A DNA stretch of 64,000 nt, from assembly GCA_036172245.1 (NCBI GenBank), contig JAYWIR010000036.1, positions 310,001-374,000 on the forward strand. The letters run 5' to 3'. Under the pieces are notes generated by a model that was not told the origin of the DNA, searched no databases, and saw only the letters and a program-made list of their open reading frames with translations. Made by a program: the position numbers and the translations under genes. How positions within the stretch are numbered: the stretch's first letter is position 1; the number at the start of each line of letters is the position of its first letter. This document shows, piece after piece, positions 37,919 to 49,798 of this stretch. Origin of the DNA: Raillietiella orientalis. Its lineage: Eukaryota.

Positions 37919-40900
37919 AGCTGCTCGAGAGAGCTCCGTCCTCCTGCATTCGCGTGCGGTTTGCACCGTTCTGTCGGTGGTCACATCGAGCATTAATGGT
38001 CGACTTCTTAACGTAAACCAGCGTCGAAACCAAAAGACATTTTGGTTTACAGCTCCATTTTTTATCACAATGTTATAGGATATCATGTATTTATCGATAC
38101 CTTAAACGTTTACGGAATTTGAAACTAAAAGCACATCTTCAGGGAATACTATTTTAGATATTACATTTTATTCCCGTTGTAACCTGAGTGCAATATTAAC
38201 AAAGCACCTTAGGTGTTGATCAATTAACCGCGTCTACTTTGTAACATAACATGTGTTAGCAAATACCTTCCATAGAAGTATAGATTTAGGTAATTTTATA
38301 TGCCTCATTGAATGCCACGAAAAAAAAAAAAAAAAGGAGGGATTCTTTTCGTCGTTATAACCTTAATTTTGTCCAATAAAAATCGGGACTTCAATTTCAC
38401 CATTTTCTTGGACCTCTTGGACTTTGAATAGCCCCCTTGCGTCGCGTCCGCTTGCTGCTTTTCAGCATGGTTTTATTTCAGGAAACATTGCATAATTTGC
38501 ATCCTCAGCGGGCTTCAAGATTCGAATTCCCAAAAGGAGTTCTCAAACTCCAGGACGCGCCTTAAAAGGAACCACGAGCCGTGCTCGTTCCGTCCTGCTG
38601 TGTGGGCTTTGGTGACATGGAACAGCACAGCTGCTCACCGATCGATCCCGCATTTGGAGGAAAAAAAGGGACCGGGCATCGTGGTTCGGGAACTGACTTC
38701 AGGGAGCCTGGAAAATACGGTGCCTGTTCATCGAGCGGATCAAAGCGAACATTGCATGGTTCCACGGCCACATATGCACGCAGAAATGAGCTTCTGGTGC
38801 GAAGAGCTTTTGCTAAGGCATCCATGGTGTCTTTCGCGGCCATCCAACGACATGATTTCACGAGGGCGTGATATCAGCTTGACTGCTCGCGATCCAAGCC
38901 TCAGTTTCGTCGCTTGATACTCAGATGAATGAAACAGAGGGAATCAAAAAGTTTCGAAGGAGACGACAGACGCAGAAGAAGATACCACCTCGGTCGAATT
39001 GGATGAATATCTTTGTCCCAGGAGCTTCGCTTCACTTTCGTTTCTTCTCTTTCGCTTGCTCTGCTTTCGGAGGCAGAGAAACCAGCAGTTTTTAGGACAG
39101 ATTCTCATGCTGGCGTTCTATTTTACGTAGGATTTCTCGTTCTCTTCAGTGTTTATTTTCTGAGAGAAGCTGCTCTTGTAAGCAGATGATGTCAGGGATC
39201 GACCACGTCTCGGTAGGCGACAATCCTTGCTCATGAACGGAAATTCTGGTGGATGATCATGAGCATCTCGAGACTCGATCTGTTCTTTGGTCCGTTGTTC
39301 TTGTGTTTACACAAAGCATCGCATCTTTGCGGTGTGCATCTCTACTCACCTTCTAAAGTGTGCTATAGAAGCAAGGAAGCCCACCCGTACTATAGCGCTT
39401 CCAATCTATACATTGTCACTTAAGTTTAATGGTGTCATTTGTGTATTGCCCGAACTACCTTTGCTTGATGGGTTCCAGGCATCTGTAGAATACTTCAGGA
39501 AGGGGAAAGTTCTTCTCCTAGGAGAAAGGAAGACTCTCATGGAATGCAAGCTAATCAGCTTGTTGAAGAAGATCCAAGACAAATTTGTCTAAGACATGAA
39601 ATACATCTTTAGTGCTATCCATTTTACAAAATATTTCTTCAGATTCTACAGAGCCTAGTTACTTTTTTATTTTTACTTGAGTGTTCTCGAGTAAGCACTG
39701 ACAGTAGTGCAAGGTGATTCGCCTTTTGGCTTTCATTGATTGGCAACGGAATAGTAGCAAATCTTATCTTAAGGCCGGCGCCATCGTGTTATTCGAAAAA
39801 CGGTGACTTTTCTGGTTACTGTGTAGCCATCTACAGGGTGCTCCTCTAAAAGTCTTTAGTACATGTTCAACTCTTTTCATGAGTATCCATTCTCAAGAAA
39901 TTTTTTTCAATTTTCTGGGAAGAGGAAATGCCTCAATTCTCTCTTTCTGCTTATGTTATACGCTCTTTAAAGCGAGGGCTGCCATTTCTTAATGCTTCCG
40001 AAATATTATATTGCATAACGAGTTGACAATAATGCCACTATGGTATGTTATGTTTTCGTATCATTTAGTCGAAAAGCAAGTTATTTGTTTTTGAAACAGC
40101 TTTGTTTTCCTTTTAAAAGATAAAAGGCACTCGCATATTCACACAGCTGTCGCGAAAGAACCACGAGTCCAATAGCCACATTCAAACAAAAGTGAACTTT
40201 TTAGAGGATTCTCATTGTGTGGGGATGGTTAGCAGAGAGAGAGGAGAGAGAGGTCACGAGCATGCCAACGTACCCAAATCTCGGTTGAATTGACGAAGTA
40301 AGCAGTGGTATTTACAGCAACAAATGGTCTCAAATTTTGTCTCATCTTGTTTTCTCTTAGTTCTGAAAATCCGAACGCAGAGGACATTCTTTCGTACTCA
40401 CAGATGACTAGAGACTACTGAACAAGGTGTGTTTCCGTTACACGGAAAGGCAGAGCTAAAGTACATCTATTTGCTACATTTCAGATATCTAACTACGCAA
40501 ACGAACGACATGTCCCTGATATCCACTTATGAATAAAAGGAGTGCTAAAGATGATTCAATTTATGGCCTACAGTCATGCACTGGAAGAATACCAAAGGTA
40601 AATGTGCTTAAGAGGAAAACCATTCTTCAAGATCCGTCACATCTTTGTGTGAGAATGGGAAGGAAAATTCCTACGTGTCAGAAAATGAAAATCACTTCAA
40701 GAACCGAATGATTCGGCACGTTCCGTCCTTGTCGGAAACGAAATTTTTCAATCTACATCCACTCCACCCGAGATAATTTTACGACTCCGTTAAAGAGTTA
40801 TGCCGGAGGACCTCGACTGCCCGTTCGTATGAAACGTAGTCGATTTTCAGGAAGTTTCTCTAACGAAGGACGCGCGCGCTGGACACTGAGATGCACTGAA

Positions 40901-42287
40901 ATGACGTTGCAGGAAATCGTTCCTCCGCTTCACTTTGAGCCACCTTTGCAGTTACGCGGCTTATTAGGGCCGTCCTTGGGCGGTTGGGGAAATTATTTCA
41001 TTTTAAAATCAGAAGCAACGGCAACACTCATTCGATCCGGAAGCGCTCACGGATTGTCGACTGTTCGAAGCGAGATCGCGCGTTGCCCGGGCTACGAACC
41101 TTCTGGAAAGAAACAACTTCCCCAGAGAGCGACCGTCGAAAAACAGAGCCGTGGTTGATCACGCTCGAACGAATGGCTTCCGTAATTTGGAGACGGCGCA
41201 AAACAGGTGAGTAATCCCTCCCTAATGGGGATCGCTGATTAATCCGTGCGTTGCCTTTTTGTTTTGTTTTTTTAATCTTATTTAATCCCCCCCCCGCCTC
41301 TCCCCTCCCCCCCCCCGTTAAATTGCACATCCGTTAAGCCTCCGGAGTTCTGTGGGCTCTTTTTGCAACTTCTTGCAAGTGGGGGGAAAAAAATTTCCTT
41401 CTGAACGTGGTTTTCGACCGAAAAGGGGCGGAAGTGGTTGCCGTTTGATTTTGGAGCTGATAGGTGTTCGTGAAGAAAGATCTGGATCAAAAATGTCAGT
41501 ACCTTAAAGATGTTTGAGTGCCTGCTCGCGGACAACAGCAAAAAAAAGAACAAAGAAATTTCGTGTTTTCATCTGCAAGCAGATTTGCAATCCTAGCTGC
41601 TGCAATCACGAAAGAGGGTAGAGTAGTAGGGTTAACTCCTTTCTTCACCCATATCCTCCCCCCCCATAAAGAAAAAGAGAGGGAGGGGGGGAGGAGTTAC
41701 TGCATATTTGTTCCATGCAATAAAACACCGGGCGCATGCTGTACTTTATCGTTTTTGGTGCTTATACAGAGACTGCAGCAGTCCCGTCCTCGATCAAAAA
41801 TGTAATTTTATTTTTCCTTCATGTCTAAAACATTCGAGAATTTCTTCAACGCACTCATCTTCACCTTTTAAAAACCAGCCCCCCCTTTAAAGAGGGGACT
41901 GGATTTAAGACAAAAAAAAAACGAGGACGAAAAAGCGTAAAAGGAAAGAGAGGAACAAAAACACCCACTCAAAAAGCCCACTCATTTCGCTACAGTGGTA
42001 GCAGCGAATTTCTGGGGACAAGAAAGTTCCCCCCAAACGCTCGCCGTTTTCGCATTATCCGGGAGCTCGGAGAGAATCCGAAATCTTCATTTGAGGTAAC
42101 GAACGCTTTTGCTGGAAATTAGAACGCAGGCAAGTGCTTTGCTGCTGCAACTGGATTTTCAGCGTTGACCTCAGCGCAGCAGGAATTGAGGTTATGTAGG
42201 CGCACGGTGATCTTGACGCGAGTCTGCAGTCAAGTGCGGTTTCTTGTTCGATTCAAAGTCTGCCGATGCTTCTTGCCCGATGGAGAG

Positions 42288-43328
42288 ATGAGCTTTTCGT
42301 TAGCGAAGGACCGCAACGACCTCACCTTCCACAAATCGAACGTTCTTTGCCACCTGAGCTATGCGGTATGTGTTACCGGTATTTTTGCTTGCATGTTCTA
42401 TGGGATCCTGAAATTCCTGTACATGAGGAGCCAACACCTCGACGTTTACGTCTTGCACTGGCGCGACAGAATGTTGCGAGAATACGCCGAGAATCCCACC
42501 TTCTGGCCTGACCACTACGGTAACGAGACCAAACTGCTCGTCTCTCCCTCTTGCGGCGAAGCGAAGACGCTGGTCTTCATCCACAGCAAATGGGAAAGTC
42601 ACAATACCAGAAGGGAAATTCGGACTCTGTGGAGCAAGCTCGGCTCGGACGTGAAAGTGGTTTTTGTCGTGGGAACGGCAAACGGCACCACGCTGCGGCG
42701 ACTTGGGGACGAAAACGAAAAGTTCGATGACGTGCTGACCGGCAACTTCGATTGCGAGGACCGCCATGTGTCACTGAGCACTTTGATAGCTTTGAAGTGG
42801 TTTCGAAATCAATGCTTCCACGTTAAGTGGATCATCATCACGGTGGAGGACACGCTCGTCAACGCCTTTTTGCTGAAGAAGTTCTTGAACGCAGCTTCCC
42901 AACAAGGAATATACTGTTCGGTTCGCTTTTCTTCGGAGGTTCCAAGAAACAGCAGCAACCCTTTCCATGTGACTCCTCTCGAATATTCACATTCCTACTT
43001 CCCTCCTTCGTGCTTGCTGGTGGGTTATTTCATGGATTCCACCAGCGCCAGCAAACTATACGAGTACAGCAAAGTGACTCCTTATTTGCGGTTGGAACCA
43101 CTGTGGTTGACCGGGATCGTTGCTCAAGGTGCCGGAGTGCCCCTGATATCCATTCACAAACACATGGTGTCGGACGCGAGCACGGTGGCGAAGCCGCAGC
43201 CCATCAACGAAGACGTCATCTTTGCTGTGCGGCGAACCAGCAACAGGCAGCCGCTGCTGAAACGCATCCCGTCGAGTTCCACTTCCCGAACGCACAGGCA
43301 GCAAGCGCCCTCCCCCCTAAAGAATTAA
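42288..43328 (+). CDS. GT31-family beta-1,3-galactosyltransferase-like type II membrane protein, single coding exon, degenerate catalytic motifs
   Basis: ORF 42165-43328, first ATG at 42288. An N-terminal TM helix (AVCVTGIFACMFYGIL) is followed by LVFIHS, RREIRTLW, VVFVVG, E..KFDDVLTGNF, ALKW...C, YFPPSC..GYFM and LWLTGI, which are typical Galactosyl_T motifs. Confidence 0.85.
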   Translation: MSFSLAKDRNDLTFHKSNVLCHLSYAVCVTGIFACMFYGILKFLYMRSQHLDVYVLHWRDRMLREYAENPTFWPDHYGNETKLLVSPSCGEAKTLVFIHSKWESHNTRREIRTLWSKLGSDVKVVFVVGTANGTTLRRLGDENEKFDDVLTGNFDCEDRHVSLSTLIALKWFRNQCFHVKWIIITVEDTLVNAFLLKKFLNAASQQGIYCSVRFSSEVPRNSSNPFHVTPLEYSHSYFPPSCLLVGYFMDSTSASKLYEYSKVTPYLRLEPLWLTGIVAQGAGVPLISIHKHMVSDASTVAKPQPINEDVIFAVRRTSNRQPLLKRIPSSSTSRTHRQQAPSPLKN

Positions 43329-46171
43329 ATGGAGAGAGTGGAGCACAGAAATTTCCGAAAGCTTCGGAAGACGCTTTGGCTCCCACCGAGACCTGAGCGA
43401 CCAAGAAAGCACGGGGTCAACCCAGGACGCGAGCGCTCCCTCTCTGCCGAAGCCACCGCACCTCCTCCACCAGTGACCTGCAGCATTCGATTGCTGTTCT
43501 TCACGGCAAGTTGCTCGCCCTTCCTCCCGGCAGAGACACCGCTGCCCGGAATCTCCGGTGCGCTCCTGACGACTCTCAAAAACGGCATGAAAATTTTCTC
43601 CGGGAAACGGTTTTTTCACGGAACGGTGGCTTCTCGAGTTGACCTTGCCTCTGCGAATTAAAGAGCTTCCCACGTATTTGTTTCAACTGGGCCATTTCGT
43701 GCACGAACACTCGGGAGGCTCCGTGAACTCAGCAGGGCAAGACAGACAGCTGTTCTCCCACCCACGAGCGCATTTTACCACCACCAGGTGCTGGAGGTCA
43801 AGTTTTTCTATAAATAATACAGTGGCATCAGTCCCGTCCGCATTCCTGTGGAAAATGTCCAGTGAACGTCGTACTTCGGCTACGGCTGCCATCCAGCATG
43901 TTGTCCGAATGCTTTCCGACCACACGTGGTGGCGGGCGAAAACCGGGACGGAGCCCGAGAGGAGAGTTTAACCACTCTCCACTCGAACGTGGACTCGAAA
44001 AGGACAAAAACTGCGTGCTCATCAAGCCATTAGCTTGGAATGGTCATTGGGCCTCCGTCCGACCGCCTCGCATTCCCATCCCGCGCGTCACATATGCTTC
44101 GGGCAGGAGCTTTGGTTTTTCCTGAACCCTCACGTGACCAGCTGAAGGAGCATCCGAACAGAACGTAGACCACATCCCCAACCCCCTACAGCTCTGGAGC
44201 AATTGAGCCATACATTAATTATCGGTACCAGTCGATGGCTAAGAACCTCAATTACCGAAAAATTGATTAGGAATGAATAATAAACAGTGCGAACATGCGA
44301 AACACGTGCAGAGTAACGATTTGAGCAACAGACTTTGTGCTGATGGAAATGGAATTCGAGAGCGAAATGGAATGCAAGTGGGCATGGCAGCGGAGGAAGA
44401 AGGGAACCTCGCATCCCGTGGGCATTCGTGTATTTCTTTCATCTGAATGCTCCACAGTCGTATTACTTTGCTCCTTGCCTTCGATGGAAATCATACACTA
44501 GGAAGTGTACACAGTTGGGTTCTGCAGACGTCTTTTTTTTTTTTTTTTAAAAAAAAAAAGCCGTTGTTCTGTTTTTAAATCCGTGAATTCTGAGGCAGAT
44601 GCAGAGGACTGTTCGCAATCTCGTCTCTAAGATGTGTGCATCCTCTCGAGTAAATTTCGTCGCACCCGATGACTAGGGAGTTACGAAACGAGTTTCCCAA
44701 TACGAAGAGTGTGGCGGTTGTCACATTCTGCATGGGGCGGTGGCCTTCCGTGACGTCTGCGTTCTTCTAAACGAACTTTCCCAAGTGCCCATTGCAAAAG
44801 CCCCCAAACTTCAAAGAAATCAGCCAAAACACTCGCCGTTTTCGGTTTCTAGTTGGGATGAAATACGTTCGAGAGAATGCTTTTCCGTGGAGTTTGAAGC
44901 TGGCGTCAAGTCTTCCCAGTTACCAAAGCTCCGACAGGGCCGCTTTCCTCCCTTGAAACTTCAACCGAATGATCGCAGCATCTTCTTGGCGAATTGCCAT
45001 CGCCGAGGTTAACATCGCTTTCCCCCCCCCTCGAGAGGCGGAGGCACGGACCCCGTGCAACACCTGCAAACTGCAGACGCACGGCTTCAAAGGATTAACA
45101 TTTGGCATCAGGATGCTGTTACAGAGGCAAACACGCAAACTGCGCCTCGGTTGGCTTGGCTGCCCTAAGCATTTGTATGAGCACCTGCCACCGCTCCAGA
45201 CTACATCGAGTGACAGAAGCTTTCGAAACATCGGGAGTTCCACGTCAACCATCCTGGAAAAGGACATGGGCGCGCACATGCACATTCACGCATGCTTTTC
45301 AGAACATTTTGCAAGTCATGAGCATCCCGGGGCAAATGGCTGCTCCCATGCTGAAATAAAGCTCGCAAGAGGTGCTCCGAAAGCAGCAGCACCACGCTTA
45401 CGCGGAAGGCTTCACCTGTAAATAAAATGGAATGCTCTGCGAGCTTCTTCGCATGGGCAAGTAACGAAGATGTGAATCACAGATGAGTTGAAGCCCTCCC
45501 CCCCCTCTCTTCAAAAAAAAGCACGTGGGTTACAAAAAGGGAAAGCGTCATCACCGTGTTGGCACGGGTAGAGGTGTGCGGAGCCAAACACCCAAAAGCA
45601 TGTTGAAGAATTGAAGCAGGCAACCCGCTGCTTCCAAGACAAAGACTCCAAATCCCTGTTACGTTTCCATTAGTCGGTGACCACTGGCAACAGAAAGCAA
45701 AACTCCTAAGAAACCTAAACGCTCCTTTGATGTCTGGAGGGGGTGTTTTCAAAGTTCACGCTTATAGCAGGATTTCATCAACAAGGTCATTCGGCAGCAT
45801 TGTGGGTTCACAACAAACCGGAAATCAGCCTCGGAGATGAGACAAAGGAAAATGGGCGGATGGGAGATATCAAATTTGGACAAGCTATTATGTGAACATA
45901 TTCACCCATTCAGGGGTAACATGAACTACTGGATGAGTCACATTCACATTTATGTCATGTTTACAATTTCTTGAGCTGGGAATCTTCCACAACCCTGTAC
46001 CCCGGGCAGCTGCCTCCGTTTGGAAACACGCAAGAACCCCCCATTTTTGTTCTTTGTTTCCGCGCCGCTTGGGGGAGTTCCTGCAGGTCGTTTCCTTTTC
46101 CACCGTTGCCTAAGCACGTGGAACTGCACCCGCGGTCTCCTTCAGGAAAAGAATGGCCGGCCAAAGACGCA

Positions 46172-49100
46172 TTAGAAGCTGTGAATAATCAATCTGCGTT
46201 TCGCATCTCTCGTGAAGTTGTTGGCCTTGAAAATGTCGCTGTCGTAGAAGGCTTGCAAATTGAAGATGTTGAGGTTGCGTGCCTGAAAGGAAAACACCGT
46301 CTCGGATGAAAAAACGGGACTCGGTTCACCTTCCTTCCTACCTTTTCGGCAAGGTCTTCTTCTGATATTTCGATGACTTCTTGGTCCACGCCGTGTCGGC
46401 TACGCAGGTATGCGGCTTGCTGCGTAATCAGCTGTCGGAGGAGGAAGTACAGCAGGTCGTTGTTATCTCGACGGTAGCACAGGTAACGGGAAAAGGTCTA
46501 CCGGAACGACATGCCCGGGCGAGCGAGGGGAGCACACTCACCTTCCGCATGTTGCGCATAACGGAATACTTCTGGGTGTCGATGAAAGACTCCAGCAGCA
46601 CGCGGATCGCCATGTTGACGTCGAATTCGTTCACGTACGGACGCAAGTGCTGGCGTGCGTGCGCCTCCGCCAGCCGAATCATGCTCTCTATGTGGCGCAC
46701 GGTGATGGGAATGCTCCCGGTGGCCATCGATTCCCGACGCAGGTCGCTGTACATATGAGCCACTTTCTCCTGGTCAATTTGCTGCAGGCGCGGATGAACC
46801 TTCTCTCGAGCATACGTCAGATATTTCCGCAGTAGGTCTTGAGGGATGGGTTCCACACCGTTTAGGTTCGTACCGATTTGCTCAATATTGTCTCCTTCTG
46901 CCGTTTCCTTGGCGTTGGGGTGATGCCGCATGTGAGAGTTCACCACAAAATGTGCCAACTGCTCATCCTGGAGAGCATCCACAGAGTCCCGTACGACACA
47001 GAGCACGTCAAAACGCGACAAGATGGGTTCCGAGAGATCAACGTTTTCGGAAAACGTTAAACTGGAATCGTAGCGTCCTCCTAAAGGGTTAGACGCAGCA
47101 ATAATTGTGCAACGTGCTTGTAAGGATGTCACGATTCCGGCTTTGCTTATGGAGATGCTTTGCTGCTCCATGGCTTCATGAATTGATGTCCGGTCCTGAT
47201 CGTTCATCTGGGGATCGAACAGTAATGCAAGAACATTGTGGCAGGTGTTCACCTTATCAAACTCGTCAATCAAGCATACTCCCTTGTCGGCCAAAACGAG
47301 AGCGCCAGCTTCCAGCGTCCATTCACGGGTCACAGGTGATTTCTGAACGTATGCAGTCAGTCCAACAGCTGAGGCTCCTTGGCCAGTAGTGAACACAGCT
47401 CTAGGTGCTATTTTCTCCACATATTTCAGAAACTGGGACTTTGCAGTGCCAGGATCACCACAGATGAGGACATTGATGTCGCCTCTCACTTTGTGCTTCA
47501 TACCTTTTACACGCACAATGGTCTCAAGTCTTCCCAATTTACTTACCAGGATTTTTGGGCTGACCACCAAAAAGAGCCAGGGCAATGGCACGTTTGATGT
47601 CTTCGTGACCATAAATGGATGGCGCTATACTTGCAACTATGCGATCCCCTATTCGTTCATCTTTGCTCAGGGCAACAATATGCTTGAGATCATCATCGGT
47701 GAGACTCTGGACAGCATTGCTGTTATCAAGGCGAACCACGTGGTTGGCAAGGATAACAGTAGCAAACACTGGGAAACCCTGGGCAGTGTTAAGGGAACCA
47801 TCGTAGTTGTTGGTGTAAGTGCCTGTCACTTCAATCTCATCTCCTGGCCGGCACGTGTCACAGAGATCTGCCAGGAGGACGACTTCCTTAGAGCGAGGCA
47901 AACGGCCTGCTGGAACCTTCCCTGGTGACTCCTGCAAGGTGATGCGCTGGTAGTTTTGATAAATGGTTTGCTCCATATTAATGTCAAAGGGCCCTGTGCT
48001 TTGGCATTCGGGGCATGTGCCAGGCTTGACCTCATTGTGCTGGCCTTGGACAAATGGGCCAAGCAAGTAGCCACACTTAGTACATGTGTACTTAATAACA
48101 CACAGCTGAGGCATAATGCCTGTGGCAGATGTGACCACCCCAAAAGTGCGAATCAGTTGGTTGAGATGCAGGTGGCGTAGGCTGCGAATCTCCTCCATAA
48201 GGGGAAGGTCAGCAATGCGCACATGTATATCTTTACTGATACGTTCATACTGGGGGAACATAGATAACACAACATCTTTGGCTGCTTCATCAAATATAGG
48301 CAGGACTTCACTTGGTGCTTCAGGAAGGAAATAAGCTAACACTTGTTCTTCAGCAGCCAACACATTATAATCAACTTCAAAGCTCTGCTTATTTTCTGAG
48401 TATCCATTAGAATGCAGAAAGAAAATCTACAGCACTACTGACCTTCACACATTTGTCGAATTCTATCCCGAAACATACTGTGTCCACGACTGTCTGTATA
48501 TGTGCGCAGAAAATTCCGAAAGCGATTATACACTTCTTTACGTGGACCAACCATTGATACCCACTCTTGGACAGTATGACCTTTTAGGTCTTCTAGATTC
48601 TCTATGCTTTCAATCATCTGTTGACAAGATTAGAGACAGATGCTCAGGTGCTGTACTTACATCCTCCTCCTCTTCCAACAAAGAATAGCGCTCAGCTGCT
48701 TTTTCTGCCAACCTTCGCCTACGAGAAGGTCTTTCCTCTTCATCTGAGTCCTCTGAAAAACCAATTCAATAATTCTTCATCCTGATCATAGAATTTTTTA
48801 TTACCATAAAGAAGTCCCCTCCTCATTCGTCCACGAAACATCCCTTCTTGTTTGTCCCGGAGCCTCATCTCAGATTCAGCAGCCAACCGATCTTCTTGGG
48901 ATATAATGTCAAACTCTGAATCATCCATTTCTTCCATATCATATCGATCCAGTGCAGGAATGGGACGATATTCTCTGCATACGCAACATGAAAATCTGTA
49001 TTGAGAAGATATAGGTTGCACCTACCGTTCCATATCCTCTCCAAATAGTTCTTCACCTTCTTCATTCTCTATCTCTCCTTCTTCTCCTAGCAAGTCTCCT

Positions 49101-49270
49101 TCATCTTCAAATGCAGGGTAATTTTCTGCAGGTGATGACAAATTAGAAGCTCTAGATAGCCTGCTAGTATCAGGGGTTCTAACACTGAGGTATTCATATC
49201 TGCTTGCTGGAGTGGCTGGTTCACTTTCTGAAGCACTTATGTAACCATTTTCAGGAGACGTGGGGTCCAT
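46172..49270 (-). CDS. MCM2: DNA replication licensing factor MCM2, 904 aa, 9 exons
   Basis: Exons 49270-49026, 48974-48805, 48752-48661, 48617-48443, 48395-47547, 47503-47253, 47207-46542, 46497-46342, 46282-46172 (2715 nt, all GT-AG). Motifs: [13 protein letters not shown] histone-binding region, C4 zinc finger, Walker [10 protein letters not shown], Walker [10 protein letters not shown], arginine finger SRFD. Confidence 0.97.
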
Positions 49271-49789
49271 GTTCCAAAATCCTCACGATTCTTGGTTCTT
49301 AACGAAAATCAATCAAGTTTTAAAATTTTTTCATTATATGACTAAACAATTCTGTATAGAACTATTTAAAAAAAATATTCTTTCTACTGTGGTCATTACT
49401 GTAATAAGGATCTAAAAGTATAAATCTTCTATACGTTCTAAGGTTCCCGAACATAAGGAATTTCAAAAATTAAAACTAATGATCAATTTAAGCTTTTTGA
49501 ATTATTACTAAATTGCAATTTCGCATGAATTTTCGTAATATCGTTGCCAAATATAAACTCTAAAGATAATACAATAACAACGAATAAAGTACCATTGATT
49601 ACGGGGGATTAACATTTTTTTAAAAAAAAATACATCCACATATACAGGAAAAAATCATCACTTAAGATGTACTTGAGTAGTGGACATTATGAACTGAAAC
49701 TTACAGAACGTTTGGTGAAGGAACCGGATAACTCTACTTACTACTGATATGCACCTATCAGCATACTTTTCATAGTTGTTTTTACAATC

Positions 49790-49798
49790 TGGCGGGAA
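49790..49798 (-). promoter_or_regulatory. E2F-like site (TTCCCGCCA) ~520 nt upstream of the MCM2 ATG
   Basis: + strand tggcgggaa within an AT-rich upstream region. A minus-strand GTAAGT donor near 49741 suggests a nearby 5'UTR exon. MCM genes are known E2F targets. Confidence 0.4.
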
